Of a DNA stretch of 64,000 nucleotides, positions 8,751-20,285 are shown one piece after another. The position numbers and the translations under genes are program-made. The stretch spans positions 111,268,397-111,332,396 of the forward strand of contig CM097887.1 of assembly GCA_044892525.1 (NCBI GenBank). The letters run 5' to 3'. Origin of the DNA: Schmidtea polychroa. Lineage: Eukaryota. The notes under the pieces are model-generated. The model was given only the letters and a program-made list of their open reading frames with translations. It searched no databases and was not told the DNA's origin. The number at the start of each line of letters is the position of its first letter. Within the stretch, counting starts at the first letter, position 1.

Positions 8751-10708
8751 ATGAGGCTGGCGACGGCGTCCTCTGGAATCCGGGTATGATGCAGTTGGGT
8801 TTTTCGAACGTCCTACGGAGAGGAAATTTACGAATATGAACTCGGGAAATTGAAGTGATAGAACTAGCCCAGGATCCATATGAATTTAGAAACTAAAGTG
8901 ATTACTTAATGAATACGAGATTTATGCTAACCAGAGTCATCATGCCCGGATTTCAAATGTCGTGGTCGCCAGGTGAACATTTATTTAATTGATTTTCTCA
9001 TAATTCCATTATTTCTATATTGATTCACTGAATAATTAAATTGTATTGTTGCACATTTATTGAGAATGGAGTTGCGATGAGACGGGTCGAGTCGTCCTTC
9101 ACACCGGTCCAAGAGCAGTGGGCAGAGATGCGTACTGCCTTGGGTGGGTTGTGAGGAGCGAGGAAACCATGTGAGATTTAACAAATCAAGTAAATGATTC
9201 TTTCATCGAGTGTAATCCACCCATCTTAGTCGTCGAAAACCATCCAATGCAGAAACTTCTGAGTGACATAGTTTGAGTCAACGATACCTTGGGAACTCCC
9301 GGAGGCATACCATTAGAACTATCATCAGCCTTGTATCCAATCACGTCATTAATAATCTTTGATTTGGAGCCTTATTCGTCTTGCATTGAGAGAAGCGACT
9401 GCTAGAACGTCTGCCGGAAGGAGTTATTAATTTCGAGTTTTTACGAGAGATTCTCTGTACTAAGCCCATTTCGTATCTTACAATCTGAAGGTGCTTTGGA
9501 AGCTACACCGCCGGGAGGTTAGCGAATAGATCCATCGTCTTGCTTATCGTCGACTCCGGGGGGACTTAATCATCAACCGACATCTAGCCGCTGTCATCGA
9601 TAATAGCCGTTTTAGAGATGAATGTAAACATCTCTAGATAGTAGATTTAAACACTGGCTATGAGTCCGAAGGAAACGGTCGCCAGCGACATCGGGTGGGC
9701 GTAGTAGACTGCCGGGAAATCGGTTGATAAGATATCTGAAGCCTCAGTCACGAGCGAACGAGTTGACAGTTTTTATCTCAAAACCAATTAGTGGAGCAAA
9801 ATCTAAATATGGAATCGATCTTATCTAGTAGATTCGCAATTTAGCCCACACAATTAGATTCACGAGTTTTCTATGACACCCTCTTAGATTTCCACCTATC
9901 TAGAAAGTCAGCCAGCGATGTCATGTCTAGTGTGCAGATAGTGGATAAATTTATCTCACGATTGTGTAACGGTAGACCAGGAGATGGTAGACTACATGTC
10001 CAATCCGACAGTGAGATTACGTCATACTGAATAGTAGAATGTTCTACCTAGTCCACGACCACAGGCTGAAGATAAATCATACAATGCATGCATACGAACA
10101 GACCTGACAACATCTGCTAGCCTACCTCCAGGGTAAAACTAATACACCACTACTCACAAACAAGCGTCGTTATGACGACATTTATGGCGCAAGATTTAAG
10201 ATGATCAAATAGCAAATTATGATAAGACTTAAATTGAATTTTGCGGTTCTTTTATGAAGCCGATCACGGCGGTTTAAAACCCCAATAGTCACCCGTCATA
10301 CCGAACTATGTTTTTGTGACTTCACGAGTGCGAAATTTTACGAGTATAGTAGGACGGGGAGTGGGAATGCTATTACTAGGGAAGGATAATTATAACAAAC
10401 TCGACTGTGGTAAATTAATAAAAGCACATTAAATAAAAATGGCCAATTTCGGACAACAAACATAAATTCAAAGTTAGGATAAATGTATTATTTTGAGGAA
10501 GCCCGTTTTCTTTTTTTTTTTTTTTTCTCTATCAGTGTGGATGCTTGCAGACAAATGAGTGTAAATGTTGACCAGTGATATGGGTAAGTGGGTCATTGTC
10601 GAGTAGGATGATTGGAAATAGGGTAAAAATTGTAGTCAAAATTTGGAAACGACACTCCAACGATTTTTTTTTTAAACTCTACAATTAACAAAACGTCTTG
10701 ATCTTTAG

Positions 10709-11470
10709 ATGCCTGCTTCAACCGCTACGAACAAGGATCTCCGTCCCTGCTTCTCCTGCGCAGATAAAAACGCAGACATAGCACAACTCCACTCATACAT
10801 TGGGGCACTGAAAAAGAGAATTGATCTCTATGAAGGCACGTGGTTCTCCCCGCCACAGATGAAGGAGGAGCGCAGTAAAATTCTTCGGTTGGAACATTGC
10901 CGGGACAGCCTCCTAGAGGAGAGTCGCTGTCAAAGACTGACGATCAAGGCGCAATCGGAAGCCCTCCACAAGGTCTACACGGAGGCAGAATTGGCCAAAC
11001 GGGTACGAGAATTTCCCGTCTTGGAGGCCAGCAATGTTTTTCCCACTCACCACCAAAGTACTTCCACCGCTACAACCAGTTGTCTGGGGCACGGCTCCTA
11101 TCTGCCGCCTGTTCCAGCACCGGCCTTATATAGTTGTCAGCCGCCGGTAGGTGGTCCATCCGACCCTATCTTGGCTCCAGTTTTAGTGACATCAGTTACA
11201 GCACCCGATGCGGACAACCATCAACCACAGCGTAAAAGAAAACGGCCGACCCGAGCCGCCAAAAATCAAAGACGTCGAGATGCAATCGCGGCTCTCGAGG
11301 CGTCGTTATCTGTGGCCAAGTCTTCTCTGGAGAAGTTATCGTCAATACCCTCTACCCCCACAAAGGAGATATTCCGGGTGATCTCGCCCGAAGGGGTCCA
11401 GCTCGTGCGAGACCGTCGGTTACCGGTCGACATCGACGAGATGATCGCCGAAGGGGAAGTTTTCCCATAA
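10709..11470 (+). CDS. LTR-encoded 253-aa protein (CxxC, coiled coil, Arg-rich motif, acidic C-terminus); intact copy
   Basis: Intact ORF preceded by TTTAG. Homologous ORFs at 32975-33748 and 43587-44360 share LE(H/R)CRDSLLEESRCQRLTIKAQSE with mostly synonymous differences. Confidence 0.85.
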   Translation: MPASTATNKDLRPCFSCADKNADIAQLHSYIGALKKRIDLYEGTWFSPPQMKEERSKILRLEHCRDSLLEESRCQRLTIKAQSEALHKVYTEAELAKRVREFPVLEASNVFPTHHQSTSTATTSCLGHGSYLPPVPAPALYSCQPPVGGPSDPILAPVLVTSVTAPDADNHQPQRKRKRPTRAAKNQRRRDAIAALEASLSVAKSSLEKLSSIPSTPTKEIFRVISPEGVQLVRDRRLPVDIDEMIAEGEVFP

Positions 11471-14270
11471 TTGGACGTGTCGTTGACCCATCTCTCATTC
11501 CACGCGATCAAGCTCAACAATCTTTATAAACGACTTAGATGATGCGTGTTGTGTACTCTCCTACGTGTTGTGATCGGAAATTTGTGTTCATATGTATCCT
11601 CAATTTCATTAATATAATCATAGTATTCGTTGTGTTGTCCCGTAAAAGTTATAGAGTGATGAGTTATGACTGGACGAATGGATTGGAATGATCATTGGAG
11701 AATGTGGGTCGTCCCCTTGGACCAGGGTCGTACCGAGAATACATGACGAGTAGGGGTAAGACCTTCTTAGGCACCGAGGAACCTGAACTGAGAGGGGGTC
11801 CGTAGTAGTCCTAAGGCAGGGGCTCACCTGCGGACCAACTCCGACCCGTGTGAGCAGTACCAACGTGGGTAGATCATCACGGGCTCACATGAGGGAATAT
11901 TTGTAAATCATGCGGGTTATGTGGGGGAAGGGCCCCGAGCTAAAGGAACATGATGCCAGCTGCACTACGAATGTCCGTTTGACTCCTCCCATATACGCCC
12001 AACAATAGTAATCGATAAAAGTGTAATTGTGATTGTCTCGAATAAAGATTATTGTGTTTGGTTGTTTAAATAAATTTCAGAAAGAACACAAAGGAGTCAG
12101 ACCGTGATACCGACTTGCACAAAATAACTAACACTAAAATGTAAGATGAAAAATATAAGATCATGAAGATTGTTGAAGAACAACCGAATATGACGAAGAA
12201 ACCTCTTCATAGTATGAAACCTCAAACCTTAAACAAGGTCTTGGAGAACAAAAAAGATTCTCTCGCAAAACTGTTTGATTACAGCTGAAGATAATTCTCC
12301 CTTTTAGACGAATATTTTGGATGTAGTCAGTCATAATGTCTGTAGAATAAAGTGAAAAGTAGAATGATTGAAACCAGTTTTCGTTCAACGGGTTTTGTCA
12401 AAAGGACAGAATTTTATTGGACTAAACCCAGTAAAATAACATTTTAAATTATCCTTTTGTTTAAATTAATAATAATTAAAAGAGAAAAATAAATGGTCAT
12501 CTGAGAAGACATCAAATCAAAGAGCAGTTATTTAAAATAATTAAAAACACCAATTAAAACTAAAGTAAAGTAAAACAAAAATAAGAGATAAATAAAACAA
12601 AATTAATAAAATCAGTATCACATTATGTATAACACACGAAACATATTTTAAACGCATAAAACTACAAAATAAATTGTCGAAAAAAGACAATAGCAAAAAA
12701 GTATCACCTTATCCATGGGAATCCTTAGAGGTTATTAGCCTAAACGGTGGTAAATGTTCTCAAGTCACCAGCTGATGGCAGTATCAGAGTCTCCATATGA
12801 GGCAGCCGTACAGTCATCTCTGACAATTATAATATTAAAATAACCGCTCGACATCATCTAAAGAAGGCCACGGCAATCAGTCAATTCTACAACCATGCCA
12901 TTCCGTTAATCATCAACCTAAGCTTGAACGAAATGGTTTTCTCCTTTACAGTCAATGCCAACATCTTCAACCTTGATGATTTGTTGGCCAATGTCGAAAG
13001 AGAGGTTATAAGCCCATCTGGAACTTTGTGTGTTGAACTAATTCATTTTGTTATGTTTTGTCAATTATTATTCATTAAATCTCTATCGCTGTATTGCTTT
13101 GATTTTCATTTTTTCTAAGTTACTAATAGATATATTATAAGTAATAATTATCATCTTCATCTTAACAGATAGGTGGTATTCAGGCCTCAAGAAGGAATTA
13201 ATATATCCCGTAAATTTTGAGGACCACAAATTTCGATATGTTATGACAATACCAACTTATCGTCTCTAGCTTTGGCGTAAGACCTTTTATAGCCCGTCCT
13301 GAACCCGTTTCAGATCGTACGATAATGAATAGTTCTGGCTTACCTGCTTATCGACCTCAATCTATTATGTACAATTCCAACATGGCCATCGATTTCGGTC
13401 CTCCAAGCTGATGGCTATTTATTATCGCTATTTATTTTAATTTGGAATACCATATAATCCTTATCGCACGATTCAGTAGGTTATGTTTTATATTTGTTTA
13501 TGTTTTTTTGTTATGTTTTGTTTCATGTATAATAATTTAAATCAATAATTTTTCTGATTCATTTTTTCTTAATTTAATTTAGTTATTATTATGTAAATTT
13601 TATGAATGCACTTGTCCAAAAATTCGATTTGTAAAGATATATGCTGTAGTCGGATGACAATCCACACCATTAAGCTGGGGGAGCTCAATGAAATTCTTGC
13701 GAAGTCGTGTGGAGTTTGGTGCCTCAATTTGAAAGTAAGCGGTACTCGAATTCCACTTAGAGAGGACTTTAGTGCAAATCACCTCCGTGACCATTTATAG
13801 TATCAAAATATGCATATGAAAACCAGATCAATGATGAAAACCCACATTTTATCCTTTCGAGCGATTTCCAGCGCAACCCAGAATACAAGAAAGTTGTACT
13901 GCTCGATACCCGTTGAGCTTTTCTCGCTGGTGTTGTCCACTTGTCAGTGAGAGGGCTCCAACCGATAACCGTGATTCCATGCTCGAACCCGGAGTGCTTC
14001 TTATTTACGAGCTTGAATTCAAATGTTTGTTCAATCTGTTGATCTCCCTTAGCTGCTATTTTCGTTTGTACTGTTGGGGTTGGGCTCGTTCAAAGAGCAA
14101 TTTCATTAACCGTATAGAGACTAGGATGATAGTTATAATAATAATAATATGTAGATAATAATAAAAATTATTAAAAATAGCATAGATATAATAATAGTAT
14201 TATTTAATTACCTAAAATAAATTAGAATTAGAATTAGTACATTTAAATTACTATATATAGATAGTATGCT

Positions 14271-15565
14271 NNNNNNNNNNNNNNNNNNNNNNNNNNNNNN
14301 NNNNNNNNNNNNNNNNNNNNNNNNNNNNNNNNNNNNNNNNNNNNNNNNNNNNNNNNNNNNNNNNNNNNNNNNNNNNNNNNNNNNNNNNNNNNNNNNNNTG
14401 TGCAGGTTGTGCACGGCACAAGGGCCCAGGACGAAAAATTAGTAAAATTTATACGTTCGAGCATTATAAATTCCCCGATTGTCATCAAACCAAGCATCGC
14501 TTTGGCGTTTGTTTGGTTTTTATTAAGACAGTAACCACAGTTTGGACGGTTTATACATTTAATATTATTAGGAATCTATATTGGATATAGTTGTAAACCA
14601 CATATGTCACACCCATTCATCTATTAAATTATTTGCTTTACTTGACGTTGGTTTTTTTTATGTGATGAGGACTTGTTTATTAATAAAACGTCAAATCCAA
14701 TTTACTTGCCTACTCGATTCAAAATGGCGGTATAACGATCACTTCGTTCAACAAATATTTTGTGCGTCCCAAAATCTGCACAAGGGCCCCAGANNNNNNN
14801 NNNNNNNNNNNNNNNNNNNNNNNNNNNNNNNNNNNNNNNNNNNNNNNNNNNNNNNNNNNNNNNNNNNNNNNNNNNNNNNNNNNNNNNNNNNNNNNNNNNN
14901 NNNNNNNNNNNNNNNNNNNNNNNNNNNNNNNNNNNNNNNNNNNNNNNNNNNNNNNNNNNNNNAAATTAGATATAATACAAATATAATTATAATAAATAAG
15001 GTTGAATTATTTGTAACAGGAGGAAGATATCAGTTGTTTAATTTGGACCTCTAAAATCTAAATCAGATTTTTGCCATTTACGTGTTTTGTATTATAATAA
15101 TTTTTTGAGTCCCTAACATTTTGTGAAATTAGCCCTTTTTTCTGAACTATAGTAATAAATTGTAGTTAAAGCTAGGAATCAATAATAGCTTGTTACGAGT
15201 GTTAAGCTAGAACTGATTTCTAGACCCAAAGTTAGGAAGGGGAAGAAATGTGTCAGTACACAACACGCATTAAGTTTACTTAAATAAAAATATATAAAAA
15301 CATTGAGTAAACAATCATAATAGAGATAATATTATACTTGAGTAACTTTATGTGCGATTCTTCTTACTCGTGTTTTATTTTATTTTTAATACGTATNNNN
15401 NNNNNNNNNNNNNNNNNNNNNNNNNNNNNNNNNNNNNNNNNNNNNNNNNNNNNNNNNNNNNNNNNNNNNNNNNNNNNNNNNNNNNNNNNNNNNNNNNNNN
15501 NNNNNNNNNNNNNNNNNNNNNNNNNNNNNNNNNNNNNNNNNNNNNNNNNNNNNNNNNNNNNNNNN
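14271..15565. other. Three assembly gaps (N runs at 14271-14398, 14794-14962, 15397-15565)
   Basis: N characters in the sequence. Confidence 0.99.
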
Positions 15566-16131
15566 TTCCTGACAAGATGATGTAGTCGCTTATTTCAAAA
15601 AAATTTTGCTGTAAACTGAATGTAAATATCTGAGTGTTCAACTATAACTAATTTCTAACTATCATAGAAAAGTAAAAATTTTGACTAAATACGGAAGGAT
15701 TAAAATTTAACGAGTCAATTATAAATTTTTAACTTTAATAGAAAAGATAAAAAATTAGATATAAATAGACGGGTTAAAAAACTAACTAGTTAACTATAAA
15801 ATAATTCCTAATCATAACAGAAAAAGCTAAAATCTCACCAGTATCTATAAGCTAAGGCTACCGATAATAGGAAAATCCAACATTTTAGCTATTAATTACA
15901 CCAACCGGCATTTGATTATCATCAAATGGCCATTCATTTGCATATTTAATAATATAAATATTAACTTACCTATAATAAATGTGTGTGTGTCATAGCCAGA
16001 AGGGACATTCAATTAGCTAGGTGACATTGAATTAGTTCTTACACTATAGAAAGATAGAAAAAATTGCTGTTGGAAGAAAAATAAATAAATACATACAAAC
16101 ACAGTTCACAAATTTTCTATAATATAAAATA

Positions 16132-17475
16132 CTCACTATAGGACATTGATTTATCATAAGGACATTCAATAAGCTAAAAATTTTCATTTTTAAATCAAAT
16201 TATTGTCAAAATGTTCGAAGATATTTCAGAAGCTTCTTCAGAATCAACAATTCCATTTCAAGAAATTCATAGAAATGTGTAAGTTTTTCATTAAACTTTA
16301 ATTATTTTTTAAAAATCGATATAGAATTACCATTAAAGATAAAGAAAGAATCATTAAATCCATGGAAGATGACCATGATTATTATGAATTAGGCCGTATT
16401 CTTGGAATTAAGCGGAATACAATAACCAGCATTATTTTGAAATATAAGAAGACTGGAATTTTATCCGCAGGAACAAGAGGAGGCAATCGACCAACAATTA
16501 TCACAACAATTATTGGCCAGGAATTATTGAACTATGTCGAAAGAAATTATTATTCGACATTAAATCAAATGAGATTGTTTTTATCTACAAATCACAATGT
16601 AGAAATTTCCACAAAATCAATATCCAGGTACCTGAAAAATCAATTATTAACCTTCAAAAGGATCAGGCCTTGTGTGGAAGAAAGAAATTCAGATAGAATA
16701 TTGGATATTCGGCAGACATATGTTACACGTCTGCTTGAAGAAGGTTGGAGGAGCAGTAAATCTATTTATATAGATGAATGCTCTTTCAATACATGGACAA
16801 ACAAGAGATTCGGAAGATCTCGAGTAGGCACTCGAATTTACAGCAATGTGCCAACAAATCGAGGTCCCAATATTTCATTAGTTTTGGCAATATCCAAAAA
16901 TGGGCCAATCCATTCACAAATCATCATTGGCTCTTTTAGAAAGGAATCATACCAGTCATTTATAACAGAATTGACTGAGAAACTGAATGGCTCTGGATTC
17001 ATTTTGATACACGATAATGCATCCATCCACAATAATGTATTATCTTTGAACAATCACATAGAAAAGTTGCCTCCATATAGTCCATTTTTGAACCCCATCG
17101 AAAGTGTGTTCAGCAAGATTAAAAATGGGGTAAGGACTAAAGTTTCCTCGACTAATGGATTTTCCAGGATGAGTTTCAATGACAGATTTATCGCAATATC
17201 CCAAGCAGTTATCGAGGAACTTAGCAAACCAGATTATAGTAATTTGAAAAATTACTATAATCATATTAAAAGGTTCTTCCCTAAATGATTGAAGAAGCAG
17301 GATATTTTAGGTGAATTCTGAAAAATGTAATGTATATTATAATAAATAATTAAATATCTTACTTCTTTATTCATTATTTTTAAAAAAATCTTAAAATTAA
17401 CTAAAATCCAGAACAAAGCTTATTTGACAAAGCTAAATGAATGTCTCATTTATGATAATTAAATGCGCTTTGGTG
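16132..17475 (+). mobile_element. IS630/Tc1/mariner-superfamily DNA transposon
   Basis: Transposase gene flanked by degenerate inverted ends (CATT.A.TTATCATAA...GACATTCA.T.AGCT on both sides) and TA dinucleotides at 16130-16131 and 17476-17477. Confidence 0.75.
16211..17321 (+). CDS. Tc1/mariner-type transposase, two exons (16211-16278, 16325-17321), premature TGA at 17286-17288
   Basis: 46-nt GTAAGT...TAG intron joins in frame. N-terminal HTH region. Catalytic motifs IYIDECSF, IHDNASIH and PPYSPFLNPIE. The frame continues LKKQDILGEF after the TGA. Confidence 0.85.
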
Positions 17476-18099
17476 TAATATCAAACCTAAAATCTTTAGT
17501 TATAAATTAACAATAAAACCTAAGAATCGAATCAATTCCCAAGTGCAACATTAAAAATTAAGAATTTTCATTTACAAATTATTTACCAATATCAAACATT
17601 AAAATCGGAAGCAGCTCGTTGACAATAGTATCAAACCAAACCCAGTTACAGGAATCGAATAACAAGGAAGTCTTTTCATGAATTTTTGGAATAGACTAAG
17701 ACTTATATTATTTTTAGATATAATTATAAGCTAACCGACTGGTAGAATTCAAATACCCACCACTCAAAATCTTGTTACTGTATAATTCGACATTTTATAC
17801 TAAATTTATAAGTTTATGAACAAAGCCATAGCGAGTAAAATTTTATTGTCATCGTATTACTTATTATTGTAATTGTGGTTATAATAAGGCTTAATAGTAA
17901 TTTATTATTATCATTCACGTAACAAAATTTATGCATTTACTGATCTTATTGTTACTAAAATAATTGCCAGCATAGTCACCTCAAACATCTACTCTTACTC
18001 TAAACATACAAAATGAGCTTAATATAGAAAGAGTGCCTTCCGAGAATTATGGGTTAAAATAGGACATATTTGAATTCACGTATATATGTTTGGTGAATA

Positions 18100-18330
18100 T
18101 ATTGGGGTGAGCATGATGAGTATTGTGATATGGTTGGGAAAACAATTTAAAGATAGACACCAGAGTAAATCGGACATAGACCTTCTATCGGCAGTCCATG
18201 GATCCATGAGTACTGGACAATTATAGCATGCTCACTTCTTCTTGGTACTCAAACCCTTGATACAATACCAATGTTGATCACTCAACGGGTATCAAGCGGT
18301 TTGTCACGTGCTTGTATTCTGGGTTACGCT
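18100..18330 (+). repeat. Degenerate remnant of the LTR-family terminal block
   Basis: 16-nt exact match AGACCTTCTATCGGCA (18178-18193) to the reverse complement of the copy near 43270, plus upstream ACCAGAG and downstream TACCAA motifs in the same order. Confidence 0.5.
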
Positions 18331-19181
18331 GGAAACAGCACGAAAGGGTAAAATGTGTGCTTATAAGATACCTATAACCTACCACTAGCTAGATAGACCA
18401 TAAATTCAAGGCTCAACCCGGTGTTATAAAAATATTGATCCTTGTCAAAAGCTATCTTTTATCTTAAACGATAAAGATAAGGTTATGTGGTCAGAATGGT
18501 AACTACCAGTTAGCATAATTAACCTCAAAAAACAGGCTTCAATTTGATAATAGATTTTTCTTAGCTCCGTTACCACGTGGTTTGTAGACTTTCATTCTCA
18601 TTTGTTACCCTGCTCAAGCTTATATCAAGCTCAAGGTTCATATCGTCTTCATACATTCTAGCAATTTAAAATATCGGTCTATAAAAAATTTCAATTTTTC
18701 ATTTCTTTTCAAATTATAAATATTGTATATATTAATTATATTTCATTGGATGAATTAATTAAATAAGCCAAAGTCAAATTTGAACAATATATTCATCATC
18801 ATCATCAATAAACTAGTCAAACTAAAGTCGTGCAGAGGCACTGCTCCACAGAATTAGAAACCATAAACAGATTTGTAATGCGCTCATCAGATAGTGTTAG
18901 AAATAATAATAATAATAATATAATAGATCTTGATAGTAATATTTATATATATATTAGAGATTGGTTAACTGCTGCTGATGTCCTTTTCATCACCGTCATC
19001 AGAACAATTTTACAAATTATGCAGATTTATGTACACATATACACAGGCTGGCCATATAATCTGTACAGAGGGTCACTTAGGATAAAATAGCGTTTCGGGC
19101 AATAAAACACTCAGTGTTAATACTGACAGATGAAATATCTATATCACTTAGTGGTGCATGGCGGCGGTGGAGATTAAACAA

Positions 19182-20285
19182 TTATTTCGGGATGCCTCCG
19201 AACGTCGAGTACATATACGGTTGACTCATTGCGTACGCCGTGTACGAGTCCAGATACTTGAAGGTGTCGACTGAATGTGAGATATCGTTTGAATAATCCA
19301 TGGCTCCTCCTACTGGGTTCAGGTTCGATGTCAATGCAAGCGGATTGCTATTGGCTCCGATACCGAATCCTGATGAAGAGGCGGCGGAACCGGTTTGTGG
19401 CATAAGGCTGGCTGCTTGTTTACAGTACTCGGCCATTGCACTGTTCCAAGGGAGATTTGGGCCACAGAAAGCATTGAGAGGATTGGAACACTCCCGCGAC
19501 CACTGCTCATATAATTTCACCCGGTCGATACCGCCAATAATATCCGAGAATCCGTTTGAATAGTAATCCAAATTCGAGTATTGGACAGCAGCATTGTAGA
19601 TGTCAGCATTGTTGGAATACGATGGCAACTGTAATGACGGTTGGGCCGGCTGTTCTTTTCGTTTTTTGGTGGATGTCTGATCCGATTGGTGGTGAGATCG
19701 ACTGTTACTGGAACGTTTCGATGAACCGTGTTTTGATGATGTCTGATGGTCGGAAAGCGGCTGATACGCAGATGATGTGAGAGATATGGAAGAAAAGGAG
19801 GCCGTATCAGATGAGTGAGACTGAAATAAAATTAAATCAATATTGCAAATGTAATTATTAAAATTAAATGATTAAAACCAAAATCACACACAAACACCAA
19901 CCTGGATCTGACTAGCGTTTTGGAAGTATGCTGAATAATCTTGAATATGAGAGGAGGAACCTGTTGTAGCAAGAGGCGATGAATGAATTTGAGTTTTTGA
20001 TTGATTTCCAGCAGCCGTGATAGAATTATCAGCCAGGTAGCAAGAACTGCTATAGGATTGCTGTGGTTGATAATAAGATGATGACTGATGTTGATAGGTG
20101 GTTGGAGATTTGACAGTGTCGGATCTCATTACATCATTCTGGGATACTGAATATTGAGATGACTGAGGTGGATTTGATGAGGTAGTCATACACAGTGGTG
20201 ATTGTTGCAGCCGATCTGATGTATCAGAATACGACTGTTGATTTGATAGATTGATTTGTGATTGACTACTGCCAAAATGGAACAT
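19182..20285 (-). CDS. Two-exon Ser/Gln/Tyr-rich protein of unknown function (340 aa)
   Basis: Exons 20285-19902 and 19820-19182 are joined in phase 0 by an 81-nt GT-AG intron. Contains TKKRKE (NLS-like). No recognised domain. Confidence 0.7.

Larger units (their letters stand above)
1..12004 (+). mobile_element. 3' part of a giant LTR retroelement (probably Ty3/Gypsy-like) with an accessory-gene cassette and a 4.1-kb 3' LTR; the 5' part lies outside the window
   Basis: Tandem intronless, strongly purine-skewed ORFs on one strand (1-7613). Then the AATTGCG-GGA-CGCAATT hairpin, TTTTAA and ...GGAGTGAT (7830-7867), the usual layout upstream of Gypsy 3' LTRs. Then a segment bounded by 8-bp inverted termini TGTTGGGC (7868) and GCCCAACA (11997-12004). 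No gag/pol is visible in the window. Confidence 0.7.
7868..12004 (+). repeat. Long terminal repeat, 4137 bp
   Basis: TG...CA ends with an 8-bp inverted match. A-rich U3-like region, ATTGG and TATA boxes, AATAAA at 8710. The same CCAACA end closes the homologous segments at 32431 and 43081 (- strand). Confidence 0.7.

Noticed and set aside
11700-11950. Hammerhead or HDV ribozyme in the conserved LTR block
   Set aside because: No CTGATGA...GAAA core or HDV nested pseudoknot could be identified by eye.
14208-15641. ORFs spanning N runs
   Set aside because: Artefacts of assembly gaps.
19182-20285. Assignment as Eyes absent or Pax C-terminal region
   Set aside because: Only compositional similarity; no Eya, paired or homeodomain exon was found nearby.
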